Shown here: positions 62,247-64,000 of the stretch, in pieces | Layout: each line of letters starts with the position of its first letter | Position numbering within the stretch: position 1 is the first letter of the stretch | Virus record (IMG/VR): IMGVR_UViG_3300010885_050098 | Coordinates: 12,358 to 76,357 of that record | Origin: a virus | Strand: one strand, 5' to 3' | DNA length: 64,000 bases | Notes under the pieces: model-generated | Database searches by the model: none | The model's input: the letters and a program-made list of their open reading frames with translations, nothing else | Told to the model about the DNA's origin: nothing | Made by a program: the position numbers and the translations under genes

Positions 62247-62968
62247 TACTCAATAGCGCCCTTTTCATCCTTTTCTTGCATTTCAATCAAACCTCTTTCA
62301 ATGTCTTGCATAAGAGCTTGATCCTCTACCCAGTGATTTTGAATCAATTTTTCGTAATTACCGTCAAATTTAATCTCTCCTATGTTACCAAAATTAGCGG
62401 TTTTTTCTACGTTAATGTCAACACCGGCTTTAATAAGCGCTTGGCAAAAACCGACATATCCTGGGGTATAGAACCCGTTTTCAATTTTAGGAGTAAAGAA
62501 AAAATTAAAAGTTCCGTCAGAAGAACTTGGGGAATGCTCAGCAGCCTTTACCAAGGCTTCTTTTGAAACATAACAAGCCTGCATGTTTACGTATTCTGCT
62601 TTGAGGCTTTCTCCTTGGATGTCTTGATCTTCAAGAAGCTTAACGTTGTACACCTCTTCAAAAGTAACTGCTTCTGGGAATACTCCAGACATAATGTCTT
62701 TATCGTGGTCAATTAGAGAAGAAAGGGTTTTGGAAGACCAAGATAGGTTTGGTGATAGAAATATTACCCCGTCTACAATGTCAGAAGATTTTACGCGATT
62801 AGCAATAAGATTTGCGTTCATTTCTATAATTGAATTACTAGACTCAAAATCAACAAAAAAATTAACATCAGCGTCAAAGGCTGAGTAAACTGATCCAACC
62901 AAAGATTTTACAAAGTCGGGATGAATGTTTTTATCTACTAGTGGTACTCCAATTACAATTTTTTTCAT
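62246..62968 (-). CDS. degenerate GT-A fold glycosyltransferase-like protein
   Basis: Layout like 1803..2375, but the DxD and GED motifs are replaced. Confidence 0.5.
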   Translation of the reverse strand: MKKIVIGVPLVDKNIHPDFVKSLVGSVYSAFDADVNFFVDFESSNSIIEMNANLIANRVKSSDIVDGVIFLSPNLSWSSKTLSSLIDHDKDIMSGVFPEAVTFEEVYNVKLLEDQDIQGESLKAEYVNMQACYVSKEALVKAAEHSPSSSDGTFNFFFTPKIENGFYTPGYVGFCQALIKAGVDINVEKTANFGNIGEIKFDGNYEKLIQNHWVEDQALMQDIERGLIEMQEKDEKGAIE

Positions 62969-63033
62969 ATTTTTCTCCATAAAGTAGGAAAGGCAGGCTA
63001 CGAGTATAGCCTGCCTCTCTTATTACTGATAAT

Positions 63034-63348
63034 TTACTTTTTAGCTGGTGCTTCTTCTACCGTATCTTCAACAACACCTACGTTGTTTTCACCAACAGAT
63101 TTCAACCCAATTTCTAGGGTTTCTTGCTCTTGTTCGTAAGCTCCCAAAGCGTGCTTTAGATTAGCTTCGCGCTCTTCGTCAGCAGCGTATTGCTTAATGG
63201 CTTCCTTAGCCCATTCTTCAGCACGTGCTTTTGACTCAAACGCATCATAACCTTCGGTAGCAGGGTCATCAGTCTGCACTACGCAAACTGAGCCCTCACG
63301 GAAGATAGTTACTGTCTTGTCCTTATTGACTTCATATGTATATGACAT
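63034..63348 (-). CDS. hypothetical protein
   Basis: AAGGAG RBS. Confidence 0.65.
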   Translation of the reverse strand: MSYTYEVNKDKTVTIFREGSVCVVQTDDPATEGYDAFESKARAEEWAKEAIKQYAADEEREANLKHALGAYEQEQETLEIGLKSVGENNVGVVEDTVEEAPAKK

Positions 63349-63359
63349 TAGTTATCTCC

Positions 63360-64000
63360 TTATGAGTTCTTGTCGTCAGTTAACGTTGCTGATGGCAGTG
63401 GGTCGCGGACAATGTAAATCATGTCATTGAACCAAACCGAGTTTACAGCATCATAGTCATGGTGACCGTAAATAATTTCTACACCAGCAACACACGCTTT
63501 ATTACTTGCGTATTCTGTAGAGTTACCTGAAATTGTTGTAGATGAGGCAGGTGTCCACTGTGGCGCTGGGCAAGTATCGATTGGCAAGTGTGAACCAATA
63601 ATACGAGGATCGGATGTGTATAGATTGTTTAGATCAAACACGTAGTAACTGTCAGCAGATACGTTAGGGCAGATAGCATAGTTGTTATCGCGCCATACGT
63701 GTGGTGAGCCGTAGTACTGTCCACCGTTTTGTGGGTTAGGGTTTGGAGTTGTGTAAACAATTCTCCAACCTGTCTGAAGTGTTGTAAATGGTGTCTGACC
63801 GGTCTTGTATGAGTATTGACGTAGAGTACGTCCGTCCCAGAACAGTGTTCCTTCAGGGATACCAAGGATGTTACGAGGACCTACGCCCCATGCAACGATT
63901 TGGTTATTACGTGAAGGTGAACCAGATGCGTTAGAAATGTTACGAGTCTGACGAGCGTTATCTGTTGGTTGTACGTCAGCAGTCCATGTGTAATCGGTAA
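63360..64000 (-). CDS. 5'-truncated large (probably structural) protein
   Basis: Frame is open from the window edge to the stop at 63360. Confidence 0.7.
   Translation of the reverse strand, partial: TDYTWTADVQPTDNARQTRNISNASGSPSRNNQIVAWGVGPRNILGIPEGTLFWDGRTLRQYSYKTGQTPFTTLQTGWRIVYTTPNPNPQNGGQYYGSPHVWRDNNYAICPNVSADSYYVFDLNNLYTSDPRIIGSHLPIDTCPAPQWTPASSTTISGNSTEYASNKACVAGVEIIYGHHDYDAVNSVWFNDMIYIVRDPLPSATLTDDKNS

Noticed and set aside
16413-63865. Numerous antisense and alternate-frame ORFs in the ORF track
   Set aside because: Shadow ORFs of well-supported genes with no motifs or initiation signals.

Overview
The window is a 64-kb segment of a large, probably lytic, contractile-tailed phage of an Actinobacterium. 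Supporting this are two WhiB genes, actinobacterial-type operators and leaderless promoters; the moderate-to-low GC suggests a freshwater actinobacterial host (inference). Most genes are on the minus strand: small basic proteins and two tRNAs (1-3.5 kb), class II ribonucleotide reductase and a TGT-like/HAD/nucleotidyltransferase/HslV-like cluster (16-22 kb), recombination and replication genes (RuvC-like, Cas4-like, RecA, Pol A, SSB, SNF2, primase, DnaB, loader; 28-44 kb), and baseplate, tail, collagen-fibre and glycosyltransferase genes (44-64 kb). A plus-strand island (about 3.75-16.0 kb) holds the most unusual material. It is an array of about nine expression cassettes built from the same non-coding parts: terminator, TGTTTGTGTTG-CCCnCCCnCCC element, GAGAGA, a pseudo-palindromic GCAAACTCTATT box fused to the -35, a 5' hairpin and an AAGGGGCTG RBS. 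A fixed slot upstream of the promoter box carries either a perfect LexA SOS box or a CRP/GlxR box. A ~600-bp non-coding stretch (12.1-12.75 kb) strings together CRP, HspR (HAIR) and parS sites, which looks like a panel of host operators used for sensing or as decoys. Other highlights are a three-part C5 methyltransferase with a nested alternative-frame ORF, a PafBC-type promoter ahead of the replication/repair operon, and a TTT-CGA +1 frameshift in the tail chaperone. All calls come from manual reading; no database searches were run.
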